Assembly: GCA_963801165.1 (NCBI GenBank)
Contig: CAWDDT010000004.1
Coordinates: forward strand, 384,001-448,000
Length of the DNA: 64,000 bases
From: an uncultured bacterium
GTDB taxonomy: Bacteria; Actinomycetota; Acidimicrobiia; Spongiisociales; UBA5794
Direction: 5' to 3'
A model generated the notes under the pieces. That model was not told the DNA's origin. It saw nothing but the letters and a program-made list of their open reading frames with translations, and did no database searches. Below are positions 42,634 to 52,655 of the stretch, one piece after another. Numbering within the stretch: the first letter of the stretch is position 1; every line of letters starts with the position of its first letter. The position numbers were made by a program, and so were the translations under genes.

Positions 42634-42668
42634 GCGGCGTTGAGCGAGATTGAAAGGATTGTTCACCC

Positions 42669-43379
42669 GTGGTCTATGAGACTCTCAAGTCGATCCGGCC
42701 CGGTCGTCTTCTTGCCGATGAGGCCTACGCACAGCTGAGCGAGGGCATTCTGCGCAACGAGCTTCCGCCGGGAACTTCGCTGTCGGTGCCGGAGCTTTCA
42801 CGGCAGCTTGGGATCAGCCGCAGCCCTGTTCGTGAGGCTGTGCAGAGGCTTATATACAATGGGCTTGCCGACTATCGGGGACGGCGTGGCACGGTCGTTT
42901 CTTCGATAGGTATCCCTGAGTTCGTCGCTCTGCTCGATGTTCGGGAGGTGTTGGAGGGCTTGGCGGCTCGAAGAGCGGCGGAATTGGCCACGTCTGCTGA
43001 ACGCGCACGTCTCGAGCAACTCCATGCCGGGTTCGGTGGCATCCCCCGGGGGGCCGAGGCATCGATTTCGGGTTTCGTTGAGCACGACATGGCGTTTCAC
43101 CGACTCATTCGTGGAATGGCCCGAAACGAGGAGCTGGCGATGATCCTCGAGCGATCACAGGCGCGCGCACATCTGTCTATGCATTCGCTGTGGGGTGGTA
43201 CTCACAACGTTGATGCCGCGCAGGCAGAGCATGGCGACATCTGTGCCGCGATTGTGGCGGGAGATGGTGAACTGGCCGAAGTGGCGGCGAAACGTCACAT
43301 CGCTGGGCTTCGAAGCCGGACGCTTGCGTTCTCGGCCGGGAAGACACTGCCGGTCACAGAATCTGCTGCTTCTGGTTGA
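42669..43379 (+). CDS. GntR-family regulator (FCD domain)
   Basis: LSRQLGISRSPVREA, REVLEGLAAR, DMAFH, EHGDI...H. Confidence 0.93.
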   Translation: MVYETLKSIRPGRLLADEAYAQLSEGILRNELPPGTSLSVPELSRQLGISRSPVREAVQRLIYNGLADYRGRRGTVVSSIGIPEFVALLDVREVLEGLAARRAAELATSAERARLEQLHAGFGGIPRGAEASISGFVEHDMAFHRLIRGMARNEELAMILERSQARAHLSMHSLWGGTHNVDAAQAEHGDICAAIVAGDGELAEVAAKRHIAGLRSRTLAFSAGKTLPVTESAASG

Positions 43380-43440
43380 TGGTTCGGCCGGGTCTGTCAA
43401 ATCACCCGGGTCGAGGATTCTCGGTGAACCGCAGGTCTAC

Positions 43441-43468
43441 TTGACGTGAAACATCTTACATGTAACAT
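43441..43468 (+). promoter_or_regulatory. Promoter and GntR operator of the xdh operon
   Basis: TTGACG-N16-TAACAT overlapping the palindrome TTACATGTAA (43456-43465). Confidence 0.6.
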
Positions 43469-43499
43469 ACATCAAGAGTTGGAGGAGGTGCAGAGTATC

Positions 43500-44411
43500 T
43501 TGACGTACGGCTCAGTAGAGGCAGTCAGTCCCGTCGACTCGGTCCCTCGACCAATGTCATGGGACGAGGCTCTTGCCCTCCGATCGGCACACCCCGAGAT
43601 GGTGCCGATTTGTGGTGGAACAGATCTCATGGTCGAGATCAACTTTGGCCGCACGCGGCCCGCACGACTGCTTGACCTGACGCATATCCCGGAACTGGAC
43701 TCCTGGGAGCTAGTAGGAGACGGAACTGCTGTGCGTATAGGCGCCGGCGTTTCGTACACCAGGATCATCTCTGAGCTCAAAGACCTGTGCCCCGGTCTGG
43801 CGCAGGCCGCGCGTACCGTCGGGTCACCTCAAATTCGCAATCGTGGGACCGTGGCCGGCAACCTCGGGACCGCATCGCCCGCTGGTGATTCGCATCCGCC
43901 GCTCTTTGCCGTGAGGGCCACGGTCGAGGCAGCGTCGACACGGGGTACTCGATTGATCGCGATCGATGACTACTTCCTCGGTCCCAAGCGGAATGCACTC
44001 GAACCCGACGAGCTCATCCGGGCGATCCTCGTCCCGGTCGCCACGGGCCCGCAGCAGTTTGCCAAGGTTGGGCCCCGAACCGCCATGGTCATAGCCACCG
44101 CGTCGTTTGCGGTGAGTCTCGACCCGGTCGACGGCCGGGTCGGCACCGGCATCGGCTCTGCGGGGCCGACTCCCTTGCGTGCGAGAGCGGCAGAACAGCT
44201 GCTCGAAGCTGTCTTGCGGGACCGCTGGTCGGTTCCCGGTCTTCCGGATGCCGACACGCTTGCTGACTTTGGGAGGCACGTGGCCGCTGCGGCTTCGCCC
44301 ATCGACGATGTTCGTGGCACAGCCGACTATCGCCGTCACGCCTTGTCCGTAATTTCGGGGCGCTGCCTCAAGTGGGCATGGACGCAGCTACACGAGGAGT
44401 CGCAGCAATGA
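43500..44411 (+). CDS. Xanthine dehydrogenase-family FAD-binding subunit
   Basis: GGTDLMV, GSPQIRNRGTVAGNLGTASPAGD, PIDDVRGTADYRR; start uncertain (TTG after GGAGGAGG). Confidence 0.92.
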   Translation: MTYGSVEAVSPVDSVPRPMSWDEALALRSAHPEMVPICGGTDLMVEINFGRTRPARLLDLTHIPELDSWELVGDGTAVRIGAGVSYTRIISELKDLCPGLAQAARTVGSPQIRNRGTVAGNLGTASPAGDSHPPLFAVRATVEAASTRGTRLIAIDDYFLGPKRNALEPDELIRAILVPVATGPQQFAKVGPRTAMVIATASFAVSLDPVDGRVGTGIGSAGPTPLRARAAEQLLEAVLRDRWSVPGLPDADTLADFGRHVAAAASPIDDVRGTADYRRHALSVISGRCLKWAWTQLHEESQQ

Positions 44412-44890
44412 GGGTGCGGCTGACGGTCAATGGTATCGATCAGGTCATTGATGACGCTGCGGAGATGGAGAGCCTGCTGTTCCTGCTTCGGGAGCGGCTG
44501 CAGCTGCGGGGAAGCAAGAATGCTTGCGAACAGGGAGAGTGTGGCTCGTGCTCGGTGCTTTTGGATGGCGTGCTGGTATGCGCCTGTCTTGTCGCGACGG
44601 GTCAGGTCGACGGGGCGAATGTCGTCACCGTTGAAGGGCTCGCAGGAACGGGAGAAGGAGAGCCTCAACACCCGATTCAGAAGGCGTTTGTGGACAGCGG
44701 CGCCGTCCAATGCGGCTTCTGCACGCCGGGCATGGTCATGTCGACGCTTGCCCTACTCGAGGCGAATCCGTTGCCCGACGAATTAACGGTTCGAGAAGAG
44801 CTTTCGGGGAACCTCTGCAGGTGTACCGGCTACAAGAAGATTCTCGATGCGGTGAACATGGCTGCGGCGCAGATGGGAGGTAGCTCATGA
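44408..44890 (+). CDS. Xanthine dehydrogenase-family 2x[2Fe-2S] subunit
   Basis: CEQGECGSC...[18 protein letters not shown]. Confidence 0.94.
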   Translation: MRVRLTVNGIDQVIDDAAEMESLLFLLRERLQLRGSKNACEQGECGSCSVLLDGVLVCACLVATGQVDGANVVTVEGLAGTGEGEPQHPIQKAFVDSGAVQCGFCTPGMVMSTLALLEANPLPDELTVREELSGNLCRCTGYKKILDAVNMAAAQMGGSS

Positions 44891-45900
44891 AGGCTACCGA
44901 AAAGATCCCGGTCACCATCCTCACCGGCTTCCTTGGTTCGGGCAAGACCACGCTGCTGAATTACATCTTGCGTGAACAGCACGGTAAGCGCATCGCCATC
45001 ATCGAGAACGAGGCCGGCGAGATCGACATCGACTCCGACCTCGTGGTTGCCTCAGACGAAGAGATCTACAAGATGGCCAACGGCTGCATCTGTTGCGTCA
45101 CTTCGGTTCGTGCGGACCTGCTCGATGTCATCAAGAAGCTGATGAAGCGCGAGGACCGCATCGACTACATCATGATCGAGACCAGCGGTCTCGCCGATCC
45201 GATGCCGGTTGCCCAGTCCTTCTTCCAGGAGGAGGCGGTACTGGATGAGGTGAACCTCGACGCCATTGTGGCCCTCGTAGACTCAAAGCACATCGAGCAA
45301 CACCTCGACGATATTCGCTACGACGGCATAGACAACCAGGCGGTCGATCAGATCGTGAGCGCCGACCGCATCATCATCAACAAGATCGATCTGGTCGATG
45401 CCGCCACAGTTGATCGCATAAAGGCGAGGGTCAGAGAGCTGAACCAGCGCTCCGAAATCGACACATCTAGCTACGCAGAGGTGAACCTCGACGGGGTTCT
45501 GGGGACCAGGGCTTTTGAGCTGTTGCAGCGAGCAGCCAGTGATCCGACCTTCCTGGAGAACCACTACGTCCACAGTCACGATCCCGCTGTTGAAACCCAC
45601 TCGATTCGTTTGAGTGGCGAACTTGATGGCGACGCCGTGGAGCGGGTTGCCGCGACCGTTGCAGAGGACTACGGAGCAGACCTCTTGCGCTGGAAGGGTG
45701 TTCTCGCGATAGCCGGCAACCCGAATCGAGTGGCGCTGCAAGGAGTACACCAGGTCTACGAGCTGCACGATCTCGATGAATGGCCGACCGGTCACCGGGA
45801 CAGCCGGGTCGTCTTCATTGGGAAAAGCCTTCGCAAGGATGATCTCGTCGAGAGGTTCGAGAGCTGCGCTGTGGACTCATCTCAGGTGGTGCCGCAATGA
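44887..45900 (+). CDS. COG0523/CobW-family metallochaperone GTPase
   Basis: [32 protein letters not shown]...QGVH. Confidence 0.93.
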   Translation: MKATEKIPVTILTGFLGSGKTTLLNYILREQHGKRIAIIENEAGEIDIDSDLVVASDEEIYKMANGCICCVTSVRADLLDVIKKLMKREDRIDYIMIETSGLADPMPVAQSFFQEEAVLDEVNLDAIVALVDSKHIEQHLDDIRYDGIDNQAVDQIVSADRIIINKIDLVDAATVDRIKARVRELNQRSEIDTSSYAEVNLDGVLGTRAFELLQRAASDPTFLENHYVHSHDPAVETHSIRLSGELDGDAVERVAATVAEDYGADLLRWKGVLAIAGNPNRVALQGVHQVYELHDLDEWPTGHRDSRVVFIGKSLRKDDLVERFESCAVDSSQVVPQ

Positions 45901-48284
45901 GCGCGGGGGGAACCACCCTGAGCGACAGAGCGACCCGTCAGAGCGCGGCAGGTGTCGGTACGTCGGCATCTCGCCCCGACGGGATTCCGAAGGTCGATGG
46001 CTCATTCATCTACTCCTCCGACGAGTATCACGAGGGGTCGCTGTGGGGAGCCACCCTCCGTAGCCCCCATCCTCGGGCTCGCATCGTGTCGATCGACACC
46101 TCGGCCGCCGAAGGCGTTGACGGTGTTGCAGCGGTGTTGACGCATCAGGATGTGCCGGGATCGAAGACGTACGGAATGAAGATCTCGGATCAACCTGTCC
46201 TCGCTTTCGACGAGGCCCGGTACCAGGGCGAACCAGTTGCGCTGGTTGCAGCTACCCATCCCGATATCGCGCGCCGGGCCTGTGGTCTCATCGAGGTGCA
46301 ATACGAGGAGCTGATTCCGAATACGGATCCGGAGGCGTCCTTGACAGGCACCGTCGACGGTCTTCGCAACGGTGGTTTGGCCCGTCATGTGAAGATCCGT
46401 CATGGCGATGTGGCCGCGGCCCGTGACCATGCCGACGTGGTGATCGAGGCCCGGTATGAGCTCGGGACCCAGGACCCAGCGTTCCTCGGGCCGGAATCCG
46501 GTCTTGCCGTTCCGGTTGGCGACGGTGGCGTCGAACTCTACGTCTCTTGCCAGAACCTCCATCTCGATCAGAAGCAAGTCGCGGCGAGCCTCGGGTTGCC
46601 GTTGGAGAAGGTCCGACTCGTCCTCTCGGGGGTTGGGGGAGCGTTCGGTGGCAAAGAAGACCTGAATGTTCATATCCACGCCTGCATGCTCGCGCTGGCA
46701 ACCGGCCGACCAGTCCGCATGGTCTATAACCGCGAAGAGTCCTTCTTCGGGCACGTCCACAGGCATCCGGCGACCGCTACCGTGGAGCTGGGCGCGACAA
46801 ACGACGGGAGGCTGGTCTTCAGCAAAGTCCGGCTGGTTCTCGACGGTGGTGCGTATACCTCTACCTCAGAAATAGTGATTGCCAACGGCTCGTACTTTGC
46901 GGCCGGTGCCTATCGATGCCCCAACGTGGAGATCGATGGCTATGCGACGTACACCAACAACCCTCCGTGCGGTGCCATGCGTGGATTTGGTGCCGTGCAA
47001 TCTTGTTACGCGATCGAGTCAGCCATGGATCGTCTGGCTCGTGAACTCGGCCTGCACCCGCTGGACCTCCGGATGCGCAACGCAATCACCGCCGGTGACC
47101 TCCTCCCCACCGGTCAGCTCATCGATGGTCCAGCGCCGGTGCGGGAATTACTGATGTTCCTGCGCGACCTGCCTCTTCCAGAGGAACCTGCCGATGAGTT
47201 GTGCGACCTTCGATCCCGTCCCGGCGGTGTCGGCAACGTCACTCATGGCGAAGGCATCAAGCGCGGGATCGGCTATGCGCTCGGCATGAAGGCCATCGGG
47301 TTCTCCGGCGGAGTCGATGACACCTCGACGGCACAGGTCACGCTGTTGATTCACGACGGCGAGCCGATTGCCGAGGTGTACTGCGCAGCTGCAGAATTGG
47401 GTCAGGGCATCGTGACTCTCGAGACCCAGGTGGTCCGCACCGAGCTCGGAGTCAGCAAGGTCGTGCTGGCGGACAAAGACACCCTGATCGGCGAAGCCGG
47501 GGCATCGTCCGCCTCGCGCCAGAGCTGGATGAGCTGCGGTGCCGTGCTCGGAGCCTGCGAGTCGGTTCGTGAAGACCTATTGGAACGGGCCGCTGTGATG
47601 GTCGGCGAGCCCGCCGGGTTGTTGCGGTTTGACGGCATCGACATCTGTATGGCGGAAGACGGTCGACCCCTGATCAGCGCTGCTGAAGTTCTCGGTGAAG
47701 AGCCCGTCTCCCACACCTTCACCTATCACCACCGTCCCACCGAAGCGATCGACCAGGAGCGCGGGCAGGGCGACGCCCATATAGCCTTCGCCTATGCGGC
47801 CCATCGAGCGGTGGTGGACGTTGATGTCGAGCTCGGGTTGGTGCGTGTCGTAGAACTCGCCGTTGCTCAAGACGTCGGTCGGGCATTGAATCCCATCGCG
47901 GTCGAAGGGCAGATCGAGGGGGCATCGGTGCAAGGTCTCGGTCTGGCCGTCATGGAGGAGATACAGATCGACGAGGGCCATGTCCGCAATCCGTCTTTCA
48001 CCGACTACCTCATTCCGACGATGCTCGACGTTCCACCGATGCCGATGAAGGTGTTCGAGTTTCCCCACCCCGACTCGCCGTACGGGCTCAACGGAGTTGG
48101 CGAACCGTCCAGCTTGTCCTCGACTCCCGCAATTCTCAATGCTCTGCGTTCTGCCACAGGTCTTGACCTGCGGCGGGCACCTGTCCGACCGACCGATTTC
48201 CTATCAACCGATTTCCTATCAACCGATTTCCTATCAACCGATTTCCTATCAACCGATTTCCTATCAAAGGAGGAAACTGCATGA
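45897..48284 (+). CDS. Xanthine dehydrogenase-family molybdopterin subunit (actinobacterial PucD-like)
   Basis: [45 protein letters not shown] (catalytic Glu). Confidence 0.92.
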   Translation: MSAGGTTLSDRATRQSAAGVGTSASRPDGIPKVDGSFIYSSDEYHEGSLWGATLRSPHPRARIVSIDTSAAEGVDGVAAVLTHQDVPGSKTYGMKISDQPVLAFDEARYQGEPVALVAATHPDIARRACGLIEVQYEELIPNTDPEASLTGTVDGLRNGGLARHVKIRHGDVAAARDHADVVIEARYELGTQDPAFLGPESGLAVPVGDGGVELYVSCQNLHLDQKQVAASLGLPLEKVRLVLSGVGGAFGGKEDLNVHIHACMLALATGRPVRMVYNREESFFGHVHRHPATATVELGATNDGRLVFSKVRLVLDGGAYTSTSEIVIANGSYFAAGAYRCPNVEIDGYATYTNNPPCGAMRGFGAVQSCYAIESAMDRLARELGLHPLDLRMRNAITAGDLLPTGQLIDGPAPVRELLMFLRDLPLPEEPADELCDLRSRPGGVGNVTHGEGIKRGIGYALGMKAIGFSGGVDDTSTAQVTLLIHDGEPIAEVYCAAAELGQGIVTLETQVVRTELGVSKVVLADKDTLIGEAGASSASRQSWMSCGAVLGACESVREDLLERAAVMVGEPAGLLRFDGIDICMAEDGRPLISAAEVLGEEPVSHTFTYHHRPTEAIDQERGQGDAHIAFAYAAHRAVVDVDVELGLVRVVELAVAQDVGRALNPIAVEGQIEGASVQGLGLAVMEEIQIDEGHVRNPSFTDYLIPTMLDVPPMPMKVFEFPHPDSPYGLNGVGEPSSLSSTPAILNALRSATGLDLRRAPVRPTDFLSTDFLSTDFLSTDFLSTDFLSKEETA
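48192..48266 (+). repeat. Perfect 15-bp tandem repeat x5 (ACCGATTTCCTATCA; encodes TDFLS x5)
   Basis: Five identical units ending directly at the AAGGAGG RBS of the next gene. Confidence 0.95.
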
Positions 48285-49201
48285 TTATCGACACCCATCT
48301 ACATCCAACCAACGTGGTGGATGAGGCGTGGCGTCACACGGGCACTCCGTTCACCGGTGAGCGGATGATCGAGATGATGGATGGCCCCTATTGGATAAAC
48401 GGCAAGCCGCGGCGTATCGACATGGGGTTCATCCAGAACCCTCCCGGGAACACGGTATGGCGTGACGGTCGTGCTGGTGGCCGCGAAGGTATTCGCGACT
48501 ACATGAAGTACATCACCGAGCTGACCCAGACGTACCCGGACCGGTTCATCGGCAACTTCACGTACAACCCGCGTTATGGACCGGAGAACGGTGCTGCCGA
48601 GCTTGAGTTCCATGTCAAGGAATTCGGCTTCAAGATGCTGAAGCTGCATTCGAACATGCACGCGTACCGTCCCGACCGGGCCCTGGACTGGCTACGGCCG
48701 GTAATGAAGAAATGCGACGAGCTTGGTGTGATCGTCCTGATCCACACCGGTGACGGGCCCTATTCGATTCCGACACAGTTCTATCCGATCATTCGCGAGT
48801 TCCCGAACGTCAAGTTCATCATTGGGCACTTCGGCGTGCAGACCGGTGGTGTGTATTGCTTCGAGGCCTTCTGGATGATCATGGACTCACCAAACGTGTG
48901 GGGCGAATCCGGTTGGCTGCTGCAATCACGGATCGTCGAATTCGCCAAGGAGATGCCGCGCGATCGTCTGGTATTTGGCACAGACTCGCCACCAAACGAC
49001 CCGGGCATGTGGCTGACAGAGCTCGAAGTTCTCTGCCATGAGCCACCGCAGGGCCTTAATATCGGCGAGGACCAACTCGAGGACTACATGGGCAACAACA
49101 TTGCCCGACTTGTCGGAATCACCCCGACGGCCCCACCAAAGGACGTCGAGGCCGCCAAGGCGCAACTTGCCGCCGGTAGCTACGGCACCCCGATTACATA
49201 G
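48281..49201 (+). CDS. Amidohydrolase superfamily protein (Amidohydro_2-like)
   Basis: IIDTHLH, LKLH, IHTG, IGHFG, VFGTDSP. Confidence 0.88.
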   Translation: MIIDTHLHPTNVVDEAWRHTGTPFTGERMIEMMDGPYWINGKPRRIDMGFIQNPPGNTVWRDGRAGGREGIRDYMKYITELTQTYPDRFIGNFTYNPRYGPENGAAELEFHVKEFGFKMLKLHSNMHAYRPDRALDWLRPVMKKCDELGVIVLIHTGDGPYSIPTQFYPIIREFPNVKFIIGHFGVQTGGVYCFEAFWMIMDSPNVWGESGWLLQSRIVEFAKEMPRDRLVFGTDSPPNDPGMWLTELEVLCHEPPQGLNIGEDQLEDYMGNNIARLVGITPTAPPKDVEAAKAQLAAGSYGTPIT

Positions 49202-49212
49202 CGGAGCGAGCA

Positions 49213-49830
49213 ATGTCCGGACGCGAGACAGCGGGATCGAGTGGCGCAAGCACTCGCCCGCGTCTCGTGGTCGGGATCACCGGCTCGAGCGCTCCGCACT
49301 ACGGACTTCAGCTGCTGAGGTGCCTCCATGAATTGGGTTCAGTAGAGACGCATCTGGTGGTTTCGGAGCAGGGCAGGGAGAACATCAAGATCGAGGCGGG
49401 CCTTGATCCCACTCTAGTGAGCGGCTGGGCCGACGTCGTCCACGATCCACGCGACTTCGCAGCGGTGATCTCGTCGGGTTCGTTTCTAACAATGGGAATG
49501 GTGATAGCTCCGTGCTCGATGAGCACACTCGCCTCGATCGCTCACGGGATCACAACGAACTTGTTGGTCCGTGCCGCGGACGTGTGCCTGAAGGAGCGAC
49601 GGCGGCTGGTGCTGGTTCCGCGGGAAACACCGCTTAGCCTGATTCATCTCCGCAACATGGTGGCCGTCACCGAAGCGGGCGCCACGGTACTACCCCCGAC
49701 GCCCGCGTTCTACCACGACCCACGCTCAATCGATGACCTCATTGCGCAGACGACGGGCAAGATCCTTGATCAATTCGGGATACGTCACGACCTTTTCAAG
49801 AGGTGGCGAGAGGAGCCTGACCTCACGTGA
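49213..49830 (+). CDS. ubiX: Flavin prenyltransferase UbiX
   Basis: GITGSS, ISSGS, APCSMSTL, RAADVCLKERR, PRETP, PAFY. Confidence 0.95.
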   Translation: MSGRETAGSSGASTRPRLVVGITGSSAPHYGLQLLRCLHELGSVETHLVVSEQGRENIKIEAGLDPTLVSGWADVVHDPRDFAAVISSGSFLTMGMVIAPCSMSTLASIAHGITTNLLVRAADVCLKERRRLVLVPRETPLSLIHLRNMVAVTEAGATVLPPTPAFYHDPRSIDDLIAQTTGKILDQFGIRHDLFKRWREEPDLT

Positions 49831-51214
49831 GTGCATTCACCGCCGATCAAGACCTTCACTCCTTCGTTGCCTCATACGAGGAGGAGTACCCCGATGATGT
49901 GTTGATAGTCGACCAACCCGTATCTCCGGTCCAGGATGTTACGGGCGTCGTCTGGGAACTCGCCTCGGCGGGCCGTCACGAGATGCTTCACTTTTCGAAC
50001 GTCGTCGGTATCGAGCACGACGTCGTGACCAATATTTTCGCGTTCGCGACGGCGGATCGCACGCCTCCTCGGGGTGGATGCAGGATCGCTACACGAGGAG
50101 TTCCAAAGGCGCGCCACGAATCTGATCCCACCCAAGGAGGTGGCTACAGCTCCTGTGCTGGACGAAGTCCATGCGTCGGGAGGATTCGACCTACATGACT
50201 TGCCGCTCATCACCCATTTCGAAACCGACCGTGCCCCCTACATCACGAGTGGAATCGTCGTCGCTGAGGATCCGAACGGTGTCGGCAACCTGAGCTACCA
50301 CCGGGCCATGGTCCACTCCTCTTCCGAACTGGCCACCAGCCTCCATTCCCGGGGCGATTTGTGGCGACTGCTGCAGGGAGCCGGGGAGCGGGGCGAGGTG
50401 CTCCCCGTGGCGATGGTGGTGGGCGGGCATCCGCTGTTCATGCTGGGAGCTGCGGCCCGTGTTCCGATCACGGTGGATGAGCGTCAGGTTGCCGGGGGCC
50501 TCTTTGGGGAGCCGCTCCAGGTAGTGCGCACGCCACTCCACGGGATTCAGGTGCCGGCCACATGCGGAACTCGTGCTCGAGGGCTTCATTGATCCGGCCG
50601 CCCACGCGGCGGAGGGGCCATTCGGGGAGTTCAGCGGATATTCCTCCGACCGATCGACGAACAACGTTATCCATGTAGAGAACGTGCTCAAACGCCGCAA
50701 CGCAGTACTGGTCGATGTCGTTGGCGGCAACTCGGCGGAGCATTTGAACCTCGGTCGAATCCCCCGCGAGTCCGAGATGAGCGAGAAGCTCAAAGCCAGG
50801 TTCCCGTCAGTCACCGCGGTCCACTATCCAAGCTCCGGTACGCACTTTCACTGCTATGTCGCGGTGGACCAACGCCGACCCGGAGAGGCACGGCAGATCA
50901 TGCTCGCCCTTCTCGGTTGGGATCCATACCTCAAGACGGTGGTGGCGGTCGACTCCGATGTCGAATGCTCGAGCGATGCCGATGTCCTCTGGGCGCTGGC
51001 GACACACTTCCAGCCGGCGCGCGACCTATTTGTCATCCCGGGCCTTCCCGGCAGCGCGCTGGACCCATCGTCGATGCCCGACGGATCAACCTCGCGCATG
51101 GGCCTTGACGCTACCCGCGGGGCGGATTTCCGCGGCACGCGCATTGCCATATCGGCCGAAGCGCGATCCCGGGCAGCCGAAATTGTTGCTGACCGTATAG
51201 GCGGAGGACGGTGA
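49827..51214 (+). pseudogene. UbiD-family prFMN-dependent (de)carboxylase with two apparent +1 frameshifts (possibly sequencing errors)
   Basis: VVTNIF|SRRRIARLLG, LPLITH..D...YITSG, NLSYHR, P..AELVLEG, EGPFGEFSGY, VAVDSDV...VLWAL; extra bases near 50043 and 50563. Confidence 0.85.
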
Positions 51215-51304
51215 CCGTCGAGTGAACTCCACACCACTGTGGCGCGGTGCCGGGTCGAGGCGCAACGGGTCGCATTGCCGGTGCTGGCCCCGTTGACAGC
51301 AGGC

Positions 51305-51760
51305 ATGTCCGACCGTCGTGATGAGGCATTGGCCTACGTCGAGAGCCACAACGTCATGACGCTTGCCACAAATGGCACTCGAGGGCCGTGGGCCACTGCC
51401 GTGTTCTACGTGAACGAAGGTTTCACGCTCACGTTCCTCTCCTCGCCGCGGAGCCGACATGCGAGTGATCTGGCTGTAGATTCTCGCTGTGGCGCAGCAG
51501 TTCACGAGGACTACTCAGATTGGCGGCAGATCAGGGGCCTCCAACTGGAGGGGAATGTCCGGGTGTTGTCAGGCACCGAGCAGCGCAAGGCCATCAAGCG
51601 ATATGCACAGAAGTTCCCCGTAACCCGTCTCGATCAAGCACCCGCGGTGGTACGGGCGGCTCTGGAACGAGTGGCCTGGTACGAGTTTGTTCCGGATCGT
51701 TGCTTCTTCGTCGACAACACACACAGCTTCGGCCGTCGGGACGAAATCCTGCTCGCATGA
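51305..51760 (+). CDS. Pyridoxamine 5'-phosphate oxidase-like FMN-binding protein (UPF0306-like)
   Basis: HNVMTLAT, PWATAVFY, SRH, IRGLQLEG, DNTHSFGRRDE. Confidence 0.85.
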   Translation: MSDRRDEALAYVESHNVMTLATNGTRGPWATAVFYVNEGFTLTFLSSPRSRHASDLAVDSRCGAAVHEDYSDWRQIRGLQLEGNVRVLSGTEQRKAIKRYAQKFPVTRLDQAPAVVRAALERVAWYEFVPDRCFFVDNTHSFGRRDEILLA

Positions 51761-51863
51761 ACTCCGCGGATGATTCGCTAGGAAGCCGGGACTTGGTAGC
51801 CGACGCGTTCCTCATCGATCTGTGTGGGTTCGACAGGGGCCGGGCGCTCCCTCCGCGGCCCCG

Positions 51864-52655
51864 TCACGCAACTTCACGTGAGTGTGCCGGGCTCATGGTC
51901 GCTTGTGGTGTCGGTTCCAGCGAGTCTGCAATTGCCGCCCACGATGTGTCGGCGGCGATTCTCGCCCACACCTTGCGGACTTTGCGGATGTTGGCATGAA
52001 TCGTGCGCATGATGTTGTCCGCCTCTTGCACCGATATCTCATCCTGATCCCGGCTGAGGAGCATGCTCAGTTGGTCCCGGCAGCCGCCGAGCACCTCAGC
52101 GAGGGCCGAAGCCGGGCCGCGGACGTGCCTCGGGCGGAACGTGCCGGCAAGGTCGTCGACGGCGTCGAGCGCCTTGCCGAGCTCCTGCCGATAGAGATCA
52201 TCCATTGACCGTTGGTCTGCGAGCCATCTGCAGCGAGTGACCGCCGCCAGAATCCGGTCGAGCGCAATCTGCCCTGTGTGGAGGAGATTGGTGGTCGAGA
52301 TATTGGTCGTCGAGATAGTAGTGGTCGAGACTGTCTGGTCCGGGTCTTTGCTCGGCGCCAGGTCGGCGGGTGCCGATGCAGGCTCGACGAAGCCGTGCGC
52401 GGCTTGCGGCAAAGCCGTGGATGGAAGGCGACCGCCCGGCGATGTGAGTCTCGGAGTCGATCCGGCTGCTGCCCTTGCCATCACGGTGGCGTGGACCCGC
52501 TGGATGCGTTGGGCGACATCCTGTGCCAGATCCACCACGACCATGCGCCGGCCCCCGGTGAGTACCAGGACCGTCTCCGGCATCTGTTCGATTTGCTCTA
52601 TCGACTTGACGTTGATGAGGACGGTCCTGTTGCGGAGTGGCGTGATCGGAATCAT
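51864..52655 (-). CDS. FlbD/SwrD-like N-terminal domain fused to an unknown helical domain
   Basis: MIPITPLRNRTVLINVKSIEQIEQMPETVLVLTGGRRMVV fits the FlbD pattern; ATGA overlap with the upstream gene. Confidence 0.65.
   Translation of the reverse strand: MIPITPLRNRTVLINVKSIEQIEQMPETVLVLTGGRRMVVVDLAQDVAQRIQRVHATVMARAAAGSTPRLTSPGGRLPSTALPQAAHGFVEPASAPADLAPSKDPDQTVSTTTISTTNISTTNLLHTGQIALDRILAAVTRCRWLADQRSMDDLYRQELGKALDAVDDLAGTFRPRHVRGPASALAEVLGGCRDQLSMLLSRDQDEISVQEADNIMRTIHANIRKVRKVWARIAADTSWAAIADSLEPTPQATMSPAHSREVA
52286..52330 (-). repeat. Imperfect 15-bp coding repeat x3 (STTTI/STTNI/STTNL)
   Basis: GATTGGTGGTCGAGA, TATTGGTCGTCGAGA, TAGTAGTGGTCGAGA. Confidence 0.7.

Noticed and set aside
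48192-48266. Possible CRISPR array
   Set aside because: 15-bp units are contiguous with no spacers, lie in frame in a CDS, and no cas genes are present.
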